Part shown: positions 47,985 to 59,407 of the stretch, one piece after another | Layout of the letters: the number at the start of each line of letters is the position of its first letter | Position numbering within the stretch: position 1 is the stretch's first letter | From: an uncultured Candidatus Saccharibacteria bacterium | GTDB taxonomy: Bacteria; Patescibacteriota; Minisyncoccia; Phycocordibacterales; CAIZIN01 | Assembly (NCBI GenBank): GCA_964462115.1 | Contig: CAYWWA010000002.1 | Span: 6,560 to 70,559, forward strand | Reading direction: 5' to 3' | DNA length: 64,000 nt | Notes under the pieces: generated by a model | What the model saw: the letters and a program-made list of their open reading frames with translations, nothing else | What the model was told of the DNA's origin: nothing | The model's database searches: none | Program-made: the position numbers and the translations under genes

Positions 47985-49844
47985 TTAATTATTCTTTTTC
48001 TTTCTTTTCAGCATGCGCTCCAGATATTGACCAGTGTAAGATCCAGTTTTTTTCCAAGTGTCCGCCACTGTCTCTGGTGTGCCTTTAGCGATCAATTTTC
48101 CTCCTCCGATTCCTCCCTCAGGACCAATGTCAATTATATAGTCAGCACATTTAAGAAAATCTAAGTTGTGTTCAATCACCACCACCGAGTTTCCTTTATC
48201 CACCAATTTTTGCAGAATCTCAATTAGCTTTTTCACATCTTCATAATGCAAACCAACTGTGGGCTCATCTAAAAGATAAATAGTTTTTTGTAAATTCTGA
48301 CGGTATAATTCAGCAGAGATTTTGACTCGCTGTGCTTCTCCACCTGAAAGTTCAGTGGCGGGTTGACCTAATTTAATATAACCCAAACCCACATCTTGTA
48401 AGGTAATTAAACGATCGTGGATGGCTGGTATGTCTTGAAAAAAATCCACCGCCTCATCTATCGTCATTGCTAAAACATCGTGAATATTTTTCTTCTTGTA
48501 TTTTATTTCCAAAGTTTCTTTGGTAAACCTTTTACCATCACAAATATCGCATCTAACAAAGACACTCGGTAAAAACGACATCTCCACCTCAATCATCCCA
48601 TTGCCTTCACAGGCTTCACATCTACCGCCCGGCACGTTAAAAGAAAATCTTCCTGGTCCCCAACCGCGAACTTTAGCCTCATCGGCGTTAGCAAATAAAT
48701 CACGAATATGAGTTAAGGCTCCCACATATGATACTGGATTACTACGGGGGGTGCGTCCGATTGGCGACTGATCAATTAAAATTGTTCGTCCTAAATATCC
48801 CGCACCTTCAAAATTACTACAATTAAAAAATTTAGCGCTGCGGTGTTTTTTTTCTAACTGTCCTTGTAAATTTTTATGAATAATTTCATACATTAAAGAT
48901 GACTTTCCACTGCCCGAAACTCCAGTAATACAAACCAATTTTGAAAGTGGAATTTCTAAGTTTAAGTTTTTAATGTTAAAAATATTACCGCCAGTAATTT
49001 TTATTTTCCCCCGATCTTGAGTCCGTCGGTCTGGAATATCAATCTGATCCTCTCCACGTAAATAGGCCAAAGTTTTAGATCCGCTGTCATTTTTTTTGGC
49101 ATCTAATAATTGATCCACCCAACCAGAGACCACTACTTCACCACCATGCACTCCAGCTTTGGGCCCGACATCAACAATATAATCTGAAGCAAAAATAGTA
49201 TCCTCGTCATGTTCTACCACCACAATTGTATTACCCATATCACGCAAATCGGTAATAGTTTTGATTAACTTATCGTTGTCTCGCTGATGCAAACCAATCG
49301 TTGGTTCATCCAAAACATACAAAGCTCCGACTAAACCACTGCCCAGCTGTGAAGCTAGGCGGATTCGCTGAGTTTCGCCACCAGATAGAGTTGTCGCTCG
49401 TCTATCCAGAGAAAGATATTCAATCCCTACGTTAGTCATAAATTTGAGTCGTTCTACAATTTCTTTGATGGGGATTTTGGCAATCTCCATTTCTTGTTCA
49501 GAAAGTTGCTGAACTAAGTCAGTAAAAAATTTTTGGCTATCGGTAATAGTTTTTTCGGTCAGCTTCATAATATTCATTTTATCCTTGCTGTCGCCTAAAA
49601 AAATACTTAAAGCTTCTGGTCGCAATCTTTGGCCGTGACAAACTGAACATTCTTCATTCACAAAGAATTCTCTAGTGCCTAAGCCGTTACATTCAGGACA
49701 GGCTCCATAGGGTGAATTAAAAGAAAAAAGTCTCGGCTCAATTTCAGGAAAAGAAAACCCATCATAAGGACACATGAATTTTGCCGAAATCATTTTGTAG
49801 TCGTAGTTTATTTTTTTATTTTTAGAGTCGGGCCGAGTTGACAT
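47985..49844 (-). CDS. uvrA: UvrA C-terminal half (rest of NBD1 plus NBD2)
   Basis: EPRLFSFNSPYGACPEC, LSGGE.QRIRLASQLGSGL, LDEPTIGLH, GVSGSGKSS, GRFSFN..GGRCE.C; lacks the first Walker A. Confidence 0.95.
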   Translation of the reverse strand: MSTRPDSKNKKINYDYKMISAKFMCPYDGFSFPEIEPRLFSFNSPYGACPECNGLGTREFFVNEECSVCHGQRLRPEALSIFLGDSKDKMNIMKLTEKTITDSQKFFTDLVQQLSEQEMEIAKIPIKEIVERLKFMTNVGIEYLSLDRRATTLSGGETQRIRLASQLGSGLVGALYVLDEPTIGLHQRDNDKLIKTITDLRDMGNTIVVVEHDEDTIFASDYIVDVGPKAGVHGGEVVVSGWVDQLLDAKKNDSGSKTLAYLRGEDQIDIPDRRTQDRGKIKITGGNIFNIKNLNLEIPLSKLVCITGVSGSGKSSLMYEIIHKNLQGQLEKKHRSAKFFNCSNFEGAGYLGRTILIDQSPIGRTPRSNPVSYVGALTHIRDLFANADEAKVRGWGPGRFSFNVPGGRCEACEGNGMIEVEMSFLPSVFVRCDICDGKRFTKETLEIKYKKKNIHDVLAMTIDEAVDFFQDIPAIHDRLITLQDVGLGYIKLGQPATELSGGEAQRVKISAELYRQNLQKTIYLLDEPTVGLHYEDVKKLIEILQKLVDKGNSVVVIEHNLDFLKCADYIIDIGPEGGIGGGKLIAKGTPETVADTWKKTGSYTGQYLERMLKRKKKNN

Positions 49845-50033
49845 TATCCAGATAAAATACCATAGTTTTTATTAAAAATCAAACAGAATATTTTATATGC
49901 CAATAACACATCCTCTTTATAAAGAGCAAATTATACGCCAATTTTTTAAACGATAAAAGCTAAATTCTATTGAGTCATTTAAGTTAAATAACAATTTATG
50001 CTATAATAGCCAAATTAAGCAAGCTTAAGACCT

Positions 50034-50690
50034 ATGAACAACAACTTCATCAAATATGCGGAAAAATATGCCAAGGTTAACCTTACAGAAGCCCAAACAG
50101 ATAAATTTCAAGCCTTGGCGGATTTTTTATTAAGTTATAATCAAAAAGTTAATTTAACCGCTATTCGTGATTTAGATGGAGTTTATCTTAAACATTTTAT
50201 AGATAGTTTGACTGTCAATTTAGCTGTGAGCGAAATTGAAAAAGCTGGGACCAAAATTCAAAACCTTGCCGACGTCGGCAGCGGTGCCGGCTTCCCCGCC
50301 CTGCCTTTAGCTATTATCTATGAAGATAAAAAAATTACCGCTATTGATTCTGTTGGTAAAAAAACTAAATTTATTAGCGAAGCAGCGAAAATTTTAGGAT
50401 TAGAAAATATAAAAGTCATCAACGATCGAGCGGAAAAAATTGTCCTTCAAAAGTTCGGTTTAGTTGTCTCGCGTGCCGTAGCCCAACTGCCCCAACTTTT
50501 AGACTGGTGTCTACCACTAGTAAAAAATGGCGGCTATTTTGTGGCAATGAAAAATGCTGAAACTTCAGACCAAGAAATATCTGACTCTCAGAAAAATCTT
50601 CAACAATCTTCAGTGGAAATAATCAATCGCTTTAAGATTGAGATTCCAAATCTTACCAATCGCGAACTAATAATTTGTAAAAAAAAATAA
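50034..50690 (+). CDS. rsmG: 16S rRNA m7G527 methyltransferase
   Basis: NLTAI, KHFIDSL, DVGSGAGFP, RAE, SRAVA. Confidence 0.95.
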   Translation: MNNNFIKYAEKYAKVNLTEAQTDKFQALADFLLSYNQKVNLTAIRDLDGVYLKHFIDSLTVNLAVSEIEKAGTKIQNLADVGSGAGFPALPLAIIYEDKKITAIDSVGKKTKFISEAAKILGLENIKVINDRAEKIVLQKFGLVVSRAVAQLPQLLDWCLPLVKNGGYFVAMKNAETSDQEISDSQKNLQQSSVEIINRFKIEIPNLTNRELIICKKK

Positions 50691-50766
50691 ACTATTTTTT
50701 ATAAATAAATAGTTTATTTTAAAATTTATAACTAAGTTAGCAAAATATGCCAAGTTATTTATCTTT

Positions 50767-53700
50767 TTACTTTTCTACCACAAAAGTATTTCCTCTACTT
50801 CTACCAAAAATATCCGGCATATATAAAGATTCAATTTTGGCAGGCAGGTGTTGATATTTTCCAGGTACCAATGCTCGCAAATAATACTCATATTGATAAA
50901 CACCGCTGTTTACTCTTTCACTGTATAAGAAAATTCTGTCATCGTGATTCTCCTCTACGCTTGGATAAAATCTGTTATCAAGTGAAGTGTGTCTAATTAA
51001 ACTTTGATCTTCAGTTGCAAAACTGAAGTTAACAATTTCAAAACCAGCTGGAATATAATCTTCTATTGCAATGTCAGCTGCATTAAACGGCACTGTTAAA
51101 GTTAATCTGCCTTTAATTACATCACCAACTTTAGCAGAAAGAATTGGAATCTTTTGCTCTTCATCATCAAGGCGGAAAAATTCACGAACGACACCCAAAC
51201 CTTCGTCACGAGCTGGTAAATTTTGTACAGGTAAATAATACTTAAACAGTATATCGTAATAGAAATTATTTTTATTTTTAGTATTATCAATTTTTAAGAA
51301 AGTTAACGGCAAAACTTTTTTACGCTCTAGATCATTTATTGACAAGAATTGACTTTGTGTTTCAAAAATATTTTGACCACCAAAATTAAAATTAAATAAT
51401 TCATCACCGTTTAATGTACCAATTAAATCAAAGTCTGCCTCGTTTTCTTTTTGCCATTTCAGATATTGCACCATTGCATCTATCACTTCAAAAGTGTTCT
51501 GTGTGTTACCCCACGCACCCTGATTGTTTCGGCTAGCCAAAAGCCATTTCATGATATTGGAAATCATTACATTTTTATCTTGATGAGCCACAAATACTTT
51601 CAGAGCCAGTGCGGTATTTTTAATAGAGGTTTCATAGAGATTATAGCTGGTATTTTTACCAGGCTTAAAATACGCACCACGACCATCAATGGAAAGTCTG
51701 TTAGTGAATTGCTTATAAATTTCCTGATTATTAGGATACATAATAGCCAAATAAGCTAAAGCTGGACTGCTGATATTTTCGTTTAGATATTGTTTATCAC
51801 TTATAAAGCTTGATACGATAGAATTAATTACTGTATATTTTTTACCTGAAAGATTCAATAAGAATCCAGCTCCAATCAAAGTGTCTTTATCTATTTCTCT
51901 TTGTGTATAACGATTATTTGCTTCGGTTTCAATATATTTTAATGCTTTATTTAAATATTCTTCATCTATTGCAAATCCTGCATTTTTAATAACCAACAGC
52001 CCCTCTACCACCCGCAACGTTAGATAAAAATTTGAATAATAAATTGATGGATAATAAGAAAATCCACCATCCAATTTTTGAGTGGCATAAATTTTCTTAA
52101 GTGTAGAATTTATAATATCATCAATTGTGTAATCAATTCCATCTTTGTTAATTGTTCCAATTTCCCCATCAACATTTTTCAAGTCATAGACGCTACTCAA
52201 AATAGCAACAGAACTCATCGCAGAAGTTAACTGCTCAGAACAACCATAAGGATAATTAACCATGTATTTTAGAGCGTCTTGTAAAAAGACAACTAAGGTA
52301 GCATTGGTATTTATAGTTATTCCACCTTTATCTGCAAGAACATTCTCAGGTATATAAAAATATTCTTTAGAAATATTTTGGTTAGTCATATTGGCTGTCG
52401 ATACTGTTTCGTAAGTTTGGTTTGGGGTAATTTTTATTGTTTGTTCTACTTCATCAACACTATCATTTAATTCAGCTTTCAAAGTAAAAGTAACTTGACC
52501 TTCTACTAATGTTGTCGGTGCTTCAACGTTAAAATAAATTATTTCTGATTTACCAGCATTGATTTTAATTATTCGTTCAGTTTTTTCCAGCAAGTTTAAA
52601 TCCTTACTTTGCAAAGAAACCTTTACACTTACAGACTTATTAGTTTGATTGAAAACCGTAGCTCCCAATTCAAAATTATCACCAGGTACTATAAATCTTG
52701 GTTTAATCGGCGAAACCATTAAATCTTTTTTTGTAGTAAATTCAGCGTAGCTCGCACCAAATTTTGAATCTAAACTTTGAGCTACAACCTCTGCTTGCCA
52801 AGTTGTTAAATTGTCTGGTAAAGTGAAAGAAAGTTGGGTTAACCCTTTTTGATCGGTTTCTGCTTGAGCTATCCAGAAAGCAGTATCTTTAAATTCACCA
52901 CGTTTCTTTGAAGCTAAATCTTCTGCACCATTTCCGCCACCACCACCCTTCGTTCCTGTTGGTATATCCATTTCGTATAAAATATTTTTTAAGTTATGAG
53001 TAGTATTAATGGTATTATAAAAATAATTATAAAAATGAAGCCAAGGGTTTTTCTTTGGATTTCCCTTGAGAGCCAAAACCGACATATCAACTACCGCAAC
53101 AGAAACTTCAGACTGAACGGGGTTATTTTTTTCATCTTTCGATTCAATTTGCAAATTCACATTCTCACCTGGCAGATAAAATGTTTTATCACTTTTAACT
53201 GACAAAAATATTTTCTTTGCATCAGAATTAACACCAAAATCCACATTCCCAAATTTAATCTCTGGTTCATCTGTTAGAAGCAAAACCGATACAAAAATAT
53301 TTGGAGCATAATTTTCTTTAATTAAGAAACTGTATTCTGCTAATCCACCGATCACATCTATAATTTTATAATCAAAAATTACTCCCCGCTCAATTGTAAT
53401 CAGTGCTTTTGCTTTAGCTGCTGGGGATTTAATCAAAATCGTAGCCATATCTCCAACTTTAAGCTCATTTTTTTCTACTACTAAATCTAAACTGTAATTA
53501 TTGTTAGGTGGAACTTGCACGGTTTTATCGCCGTAAATATATAGACTAATAGTGGTGCTGATGTTATTTTTTCTATTATCGCTGCCAACAATTTCAATTT
53601 CATATTCGCCCTCTTCGGCTATTGAAAAATCATTAATGTAGTTGCCGTTTTTATCAGTACCAAGTTTTATCGTTTTAACTTCAGTTGTACTTTTATCATA

Positions 53701-56700
53701 ATGATAATAATAACCACCATCAACCTCTTGTCGTTTATAAATTTCGTAAGAAATTTTTTTAATCTTTGCTATTAAATTAGAAACTGAAATTGGCTTACCA
53801 AAAGTGTCAACAGTTTTAATCCTTAACTTATTTTCACCATCAACATTGGTGTAATATTTATCAGTTTTAGCACCAATGTAATATTCGCCTCTATGTACTA
53901 TAAAAGATTTTTGAATGGAAATTGTTTTACCACTAGCGTCTTGCACCGAAACAGAAACTGTGATTATTTTACTTTTTTCATCATTATCAGATAATTTTAA
54001 TTCTTGTTTAATTATCGCTTGACCATCAGTATTTAAACTGGTTTCACCACGTAATAAATATTTATCACCATAATCACAATTATAGCAATAATACCAACCG
54101 CTTCCAAAGGAAAAATATTCATCAGTATATTTATCAAAATAATAATCTTGCTCAGTAATAGTATAAGAAACATTTCCGCTATCAAGCGGTACACCAAAAT
54201 AATAATCAGCTTGGAGAGATAAATTTAAAGTATCACCACTTAAATATTCCTCCTTATCCGTGACAGCTTCCAGTTTGAAAGCAGCTGGAGTATATTCTTC
54301 TACTGAAAAGTTAAAATATCCATCACTAGCGGTGTTAATCTGATAGCTCCCCAATTTAGCGTCTTTTGGTAAAGTAAATTCACCAGCGAAAGAGCCATAT
54401 TTATTATTTTTTAAAGTTGTTGCAAAAACTTGATCCCAACCTGAATCACGAATAGAGACTTGGATTTCTTGGTCTTTTAGTATCTCATAATTTCCATCAA
54501 AACCAAGTCGTTGTATACCCTTAAAATAAACCACATCACCTGGACGATAAATTGGTCTATCAGTGTAAAGATATGTTTTGAGTGCGTATTCTGCAGTGGT
54601 CCAATTTGAACCAAGCGTATCAGCCCAGTCAGAAATGATTGCATTTTCATTATTATAACTAATTACCGCACCATCAACATAGTTTTCAATTTTAAGTTTC
54701 GCGATTCCATCTTGGTCAGTAAAATTAGTGTCAGATAAAGTTAAGCCATCTCCAAACGCTGTTTGGTCCCAAATTCCATTAACATGCTTATATTGAGATA
54801 CTATCGCACCAGCTATTGGTAACAATGTTTTAGCGTTATTAACCCAATAGATATTTTTACTATTTTCAATTAGATTATCTTGTGGTTTAATTTTTTCTTC
54901 ATAATGGTCACGATTAACTTCTTTTTTGCCGACCGCCAAGTTAGAAACGCTTAAATAAACATGTTCGAACCTCGGTACCTCAAAATCCTCTGCATAGTAA
55001 TCACTCACATAAGTGTAATCTGGATTGTTTAATGTGATAACAAATTGTCCACGAGTGTCAGCAAAATAATCTTTCAAATCAATTTGAAAATAATTATTTA
55101 CAAAATATGTTTTCGGTAAATCAATTCTAGCTGTTTTAATTTCAGTACATTTGTTAGGAGCTGGTTGCTTAATACTTAAACTACCTAATACTTCTAAGAA
55201 GTCAGTCGCATTCATTTTGCAAATTTGTAAATCAACAAAAGTTAAATTCTCTACAGCAAAAGTTAATTTAGTTTTATCTGGTGTGGTAACATTATATTGC
55301 TTTTGTAAATTGTAAATATGTTTATATATGTGTTTCGGTTTAGTGGTGTTAAATTCTAAACTTTGATTTATTTTTTGACCAAACACATCTTCCAAATTTA
55401 AATTCATCAAATAATAACTTTCTGGCAATAAACCATATTTAATACTGGTCTGATATTGACCATTTTGACACTGATTATAGTCGCCTTCTACCATATATGA
55501 TCCTCTCCAGTTATTATAAACTATATAATTTTCCACCACACTCAGGTGCGTCCTCATACCCTCCTCACCTGGTTTTTTAATTGGAGAATTAGAACAAATT
55601 ATCATCTCTGTCAGAGAAGCATCTTTGTCATTATTTTTAGGCAAAGTGTTGTAAATTTGAAATTTAGGATAGGTAGTAAAATGTCCGCTGACATTATCGG
55701 CTTTAGAAATGTATTCAGATCCATCGGATAAAACAATTTTTGGTAAAATGATTTGTAGTTGTTCATTCAAACCAAATTCGTTAGCATTAAAAGAAAGAAC
55801 AATTCTCTGTTTATCATCAACTTTAATACATTCATCTGTTAATCCATTTTTTATTTCTCGCAAATAACCATCTTTATCAGTTTCAGTTTTACAATTCTGT
55901 TGATATTCAACTTTTTTTAAACCCTTAACCTTAAACTCTGTTTTGTCTTTATTTATTTCCTCTGTAAAAACTACTTCAATTTGATCATTAGGATCAAAAA
56001 TATTTTTATCACCACTGTAACCATTTTGGGTAATAATATTAAAACCAGATAAAATATTACCAACAAAGAAAGAATAATTCTGTGAATCACTAAATGGCAA
56101 GTTACCTTTTAGTGTAGAAACCAAACCGACTTTGACGCTGTAGGAAGTATCATAATCCCAGGATTTTTTATGTCCATACTTATCTGTTTTCTGATAAATA
56201 TTTATTTTTGATTTATCTTCGACCTCTAAATATTTTTTAGCTTTTTTGTCATATTTTTTACTCGTGCCATATTCTAAAATAATTTCACTTTTATCACCAC
56301 TGGAGGTGGTAATTTCAATGTCACTCTTAATGCTATCAATATCCACTTCTTGATTGTAGTGCAAGAAAAATGGCGATTTATGAGAGATCTTTTCACTTGT
56401 TTTATTATCCAATCTTAAATGTCGAGTATCAAAAGTAAAAGAAACTGGATCCACAGTTAATCCCTCGATGGAAGTTAGCTGACCAATCTCAACCGTATAG
56501 CGAGTAGCTGGATTAAGTTTATCTTTTGGTAAAAATTGTAACTGACGAGTAGTAGTCCACTTCCATTTTCCATCAACTTTTGGACTGATAGAAATCGGTA
56601 GATTATTTTTTGGCTCTGAAAATGCAGCCGCGACCTGTGCTAACAAGCCCTCACCGTTTTCTTGTTGATCGAGAGTTGTTAAAGCTACCATTGGTCGATT

Positions 56701-57201
56701 AAAGACGATGGTAATCTTTGTATCTTCATCTACCTCTGTATTTTGCTCTGGAAAAACTGCTTCAATTTTAGGATTTTCTGCTACCAAAATATCACCAGAC
56801 ATTTTTAAATTAGCTGTTTCTAGAGAAACATTATAGTAAGTTCCAATTTCTAAATCCTTTTTCGGTTTATAAAGAAGAGCTTGTTCTAAATTATCCCCTT
56901 CAATCTCTACCCAATCACCAGCTATTTTAGGTTCAAAAGAAATATTTTCACGAGCTTCATCTGAAGTAATTTCATTTGGTAATTTAATAGTAATAACCGC
57001 CGATTTAGAAATTGACTCCGGCACAAAGGTTTCCACCACTGCTACTTCTCCAGTATATTTTTTAACACTGTGATCAGAAATATAAAAAGAAAAAAATATA
57101 ATTAAAATCAATGAAATAAAAGTAGAAATAATAATAAAAATCGGCTTGTTTCTGTTTTTATTTTCAACAGACAAACCGGAAACCATTTCTTGATTTTTCA
57201 T
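50767..57201 (-). CDS. Bacterial alpha-2-macroglobulin family protein
   Basis: N-terminal TM; YTDRPIYRPG, LPDNLTTW, thioester YPYGCSEQ, WGNTQ, YYLRA..PG.Y. Confidence 0.95.
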   Translation of the reverse strand: MKNQEMVSGLSVENKNRNKPIFIIISTFISLILIIFFSFYISDHSVKKYTGEVAVVETFVPESISKSAVITIKLPNEITSDEARENISFEPKIAGDWVEIEGDNLEQALLYKPKKDLEIGTYYNVSLETANLKMSGDILVAENPKIEAVFPEQNTEVDEDTKITIVFNRPMVALTTLDQQENGEGLLAQVAAAFSEPKNNLPISISPKVDGKWKWTTTRQLQFLPKDKLNPATRYTVEIGQLTSIEGLTVDPVSFTFDTRHLRLDNKTSEKISHKSPFFLHYNQEVDIDSIKSDIEITTSSGDKSEIILEYGTSKKYDKKAKKYLEVEDKSKINIYQKTDKYGHKKSWDYDTSYSVKVGLVSTLKGNLPFSDSQNYSFFVGNILSGFNIITQNGYSGDKNIFDPNDQIEVVFTEEINKDKTEFKVKGLKKVEYQQNCKTETDKDGYLREIKNGLTDECIKVDDKQRIVLSFNANEFGLNEQLQIILPKIVLSDGSEYISKADNVSGHFTTYPKFQIYNTLPKNNDKDASLTEMIICSNSPIKKPGEEGMRTHLSVVENYIVYNNWRGSYMVEGDYNQCQNGQYQTSIKYGLLPESYYLMNLNLEDVFGQKINQSLEFNTTKPKHIYKHIYNLQKQYNVTTPDKTKLTFAVENLTFVDLQICKMNATDFLEVLGSLSIKQPAPNKCTEIKTARIDLPKTYFVNNYFQIDLKDYFADTRGQFVITLNNPDYTYVSDYYAEDFEVPRFEHVYLSVSNLAVGKKEVNRDHYEEKIKPQDNLIENSKNIYWVNNAKTLLPIAGAIVSQYKHVNGIWDQTAFGDGLTLSDTNFTDQDGIAKLKIENYVDGAVISYNNENAIISDWADTLGSNWTTAEYALKTYLYTDRPIYRPGDVVYFKGIQRLGFDGNYEILKDQEIQVSIRDSGWDQVFATTLKNNKYGSFAGEFTLPKDAKLGSYQINTASDGYFNFSVEEYTPAAFKLEAVTDKEEYLSGDTLNLSLQADYYFGVPLDSGNVSYTITEQDYYFDKYTDEYFSFGSGWYYCYNCDYGDKYLLRGETSLNTDGQAIIKQELKLSDNDEKSKIITVSVSVQDASGKTISIQKSFIVHRGEYYIGAKTDKYYTNVDGENKLRIKTVDTFGKPISVSNLIAKIKKISYEIYKRQEVDGGYYYHYDKSTTEVKTIKLGTDKNGNYINDFSIAEEGEYEIEIVGSDNRKNNISTTISLYIYGDKTVQVPPNNNYSLDLVVEKNELKVGDMATILIKSPAAKAKALITIERGVIFDYKIIDVIGGLAEYSFLIKENYAPNIFVSVLLLTDEPEIKFGNVDFGVNSDAKKIFLSVKSDKTFYLPGENVNLQIESKDEKNNPVQSEVSVAVVDMSVLALKGNPKKNPWLHFYNYFYNTINTTHNLKNILYEMDIPTGTKGGGGGNGAEDLASKKRGEFKDTAFWIAQAETDQKGLTQLSFTLPDNLTTWQAEVVAQSLDSKFGASYAEFTTKKDLMVSPIKPRFIVPGDNFELGATVFNQTNKSVSVKVSLQSKDLNLLEKTERIIKINAGKSEIIYFNVEAPTTLVEGQVTFTLKAELNDSVDEVEQTIKITPNQTYETVSTANMTNQNISKEYFYIPENVLADKGGITINTNATLVVFLQDALKYMVNYPYGCSEQLTSAMSSVAILSSVYDLKNVDGEIGTINKDGIDYTIDDIINSTLKKIYATQKLDGGFSYYPSIYYSNFYLTLRVVEGLLVIKNAGFAIDEEYLNKALKYIETEANNRYTQREIDKDTLIGAGFLLNLSGKKYTVINSIVSSFISDKQYLNENISSPALAYLAIMYPNNQEIYKQFTNRLSIDGRGAYFKPGKNTSYNLYETSIKNTALALKVFVAHQDKNVMISNIMKWLLASRNNQGAWGNTQNTFEVIDAMVQYLKWQKENEADFDLIGTLNGDELFNFNFGGQNIFETQSQFLSINDLERKKVLPLTFLKIDNTKNKNNFYYDILFKYYLPVQNLPARDEGLGVVREFFRLDDEEQKIPILSAKVGDVIKGRLTLTVPFNAADIAIEDYIPAGFEIVNFSFATEDQSLIRHTSLDNRFYPSVEENHDDRIFLYSERVNSGVYQYEYYLRALVPGKYQHLPAKIESLYMPDIFGRSRGNTFVVEK

Positions 57202-57278
57202 CACTCAATTATAGCAAAACCAGTACAAAAAAACTGCTTTTTGTGTAAAAGTATTTTTGTGATATGATTTAGCTGTAA

Positions 57279-59393
57279 ATGAAGATTTTTTTGAAAAAAA
57301 TTAAAAAATATAAAAAAAAATTATCTATCTTCTCTATTTTTATCATTATTTTTTTTAGTTTTTCTCTATTTTTATTATTTGACATAAAAGAAAAATATCA
57401 AAACAATTTATCCGTAATCATATATGACAGGAACGAAGAAATTATTTCCATCAAAACAAATATTAAAGATCATTATGTCTATGAAACCAAAGAAATACCA
57501 GATGATTTAGAAAAATTACTACTCAAGAAAGAAGATAGATATTTTTACTGGCATTTTGGAGTTAACCCAGTCAGCAACCTGCGAGCGTTGTGGCAGATTT
57601 CAACCATTCAAAAACATGGCGGGGCCTCCACCATTACCCAACAACTAGCTAAAAACCTACTTGGCAACGAAAATAATCGAACATTTTATAATAAAATCAA
57701 AGAATTATTCTACACTTTTAATTTAGAATTATTTTTTTCTAAAAAAGAAATTTTAACAATGTATGCTAATACTACTTTTTTTGGCAATCAAGCTCAGGGT
57801 TTTGAAACAGCATCACGCATGTATTTCAATAAAGATCTAGCCAAACTAAATCACAATGAGCAAATTTCTTTGCTTGCCACAATCTCTTATCCCAATAATC
57901 GTAACCCATGGAAAGATAGCGAACAAAAATTTGCTACAGCTTTAAATCAACAGATCTCGCCAGACGAAACTTTTACAAAACCGCTGATCAATAAAAATTT
58001 TAATTTTCAAAATGAAGCCAATTTTGAATTAAGCTCTATTGGATTTTCTTGCGAAAAAAGCTGCCGCACCACTATAGATGTAAAAATTACTGAAAAAATT
58101 CGTCAAATTATTAAAGAGTATACCGACAAAGAAAGTTCGCGCGGTGCAAAAAATTCCTCTGTGGTTGTGATTGATCCCAGAAGTGAAGAAATAATTGCTA
58201 TAGTTGGTAGTGTAGATCCTAGTTCTACAAGAAATGGTAATAAAATAAATATGGCAATTAAACCGCGACCGATCGGTTCCACTATCAAACCATTAATGTA
58301 TCTTAAGGGTTTTGAAGATGGTTTGAGACCTTATACCATAGTAGAAGATCGTGAATATAAATATCAAATCGGACTTGGGTTCGCCCAATATCCCAAAAAC
58401 TATGACGGAGCATATCAAGGAGAGGTTTCTCTACATTATGCCTTAAGCAACTCTCTTAATGTACCGTCTGTTAAAGTTTTGGAATATATTGGTTTAGAAA
58501 AATTTTACAATTTTTTAGATCAAAAATTAAAATTTGAACCAATTCAAGATTATGATAATTATCAATATGGTATCGCTCTTGGTGGTCTAGAAATGGACTT
58601 AACTACCCTCACCCACTATTTTACTATTTTTCCACGTTTAGGAAATATCGCCCCGCTTAAGATTTCAACTGATGGGCAAAATAATTTTAAATTGGCTCCA
58701 CAAAATAAAATTGAATCATATCAAGAAATTTCTGATAAAAAATATGTAGCACTAATTCATAAAATAATTTCTGATCGTCTTACTGGTGTTGGTCAATTTT
58801 CACTGGAAAGTTCGCTCAATTTGCCAATAAAAGATTATGGAGTTAAGACCGGAACCTCTCGCGATTGGCATGATTCGTGGGTTGTTGGATATACCGGTGA
58901 TTTTGTTGTGGGGGTTTGGGTTGGTAATACAGAAAACACTTCACTGCAACAAATTTCTGGCGCCCAAGGAGCTGGAGTTGTTTGGAATCAAGTAATGAAC
59001 CTAATGATTAATTCAAAATATAACCACCAAACATCCATTAATACAAGCGATGTTATGCCAATTAAAATCAATAATTCTATTGAATGGGGCCTTACTGATG
59101 ACGATATTGAATTAAGTAAAAATCTGATGAAAGAAGATATTTTAATCTTGTCACCACACGACGAAGATAAGTTTGAATTTGAAAAAACAAAATCTATCCC
59201 ACTAAAAAGTTCACAGCTAGTAGAGTGGACCATTAAAAAACTAACTAACACTGGCGACAAAATTATCTTTTCCGACAGTAAAAAAGAAAGTTTTTGGCAA
59301 CCAAGCGAATCTGGTTATTATCAAATTTTTGCTAAAAATCCGGAAACAAATTTTTCTCAAACTATCTATATTAAAATTCAAGCCGATAAATAG
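57279..59393 (+). CDS. pbpC: Penicillin-binding protein 1C-like (transglycosylase/transpeptidase)
   Basis: EDRYFYWHFGVNP, GASTITQQL, STIK, SLN, KTGTS; paired with A2M. Confidence 0.88.
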   Translation: MKIFLKKIKKYKKKLSIFSIFIIIFFSFSLFLLFDIKEKYQNNLSVIIYDRNEEIISIKTNIKDHYVYETKEIPDDLEKLLLKKEDRYFYWHFGVNPVSNLRALWQISTIQKHGGASTITQQLAKNLLGNENNRTFYNKIKELFYTFNLELFFSKKEILTMYANTTFFGNQAQGFETASRMYFNKDLAKLNHNEQISLLATISYPNNRNPWKDSEQKFATALNQQISPDETFTKPLINKNFNFQNEANFELSSIGFSCEKSCRTTIDVKITEKIRQIIKEYTDKESSRGAKNSSVVVIDPRSEEIIAIVGSVDPSSTRNGNKINMAIKPRPIGSTIKPLMYLKGFEDGLRPYTIVEDREYKYQIGLGFAQYPKNYDGAYQGEVSLHYALSNSLNVPSVKVLEYIGLEKFYNFLDQKLKFEPIQDYDNYQYGIALGGLEMDLTTLTHYFTIFPRLGNIAPLKISTDGQNNFKLAPQNKIESYQEISDKKYVALIHKIISDRLTGVGQFSLESSLNLPIKDYGVKTGTSRDWHDSWVVGYTGDFVVGVWVGNTENTSLQQISGAQGAGVVWNQVMNLMINSKYNHQTSINTSDVMPIKINNSIEWGLTDDDIELSKNLMKEDILILSPHDEDKFEFEKTKSIPLKSSQLVEWTIKKLTNTGDKIIFSDSKKESFWQPSESGYYQIFAKNPETNFSQTIYIKIQADK

Positions 59394-59407
59394 CCTTCTT
59401 TTAATAT

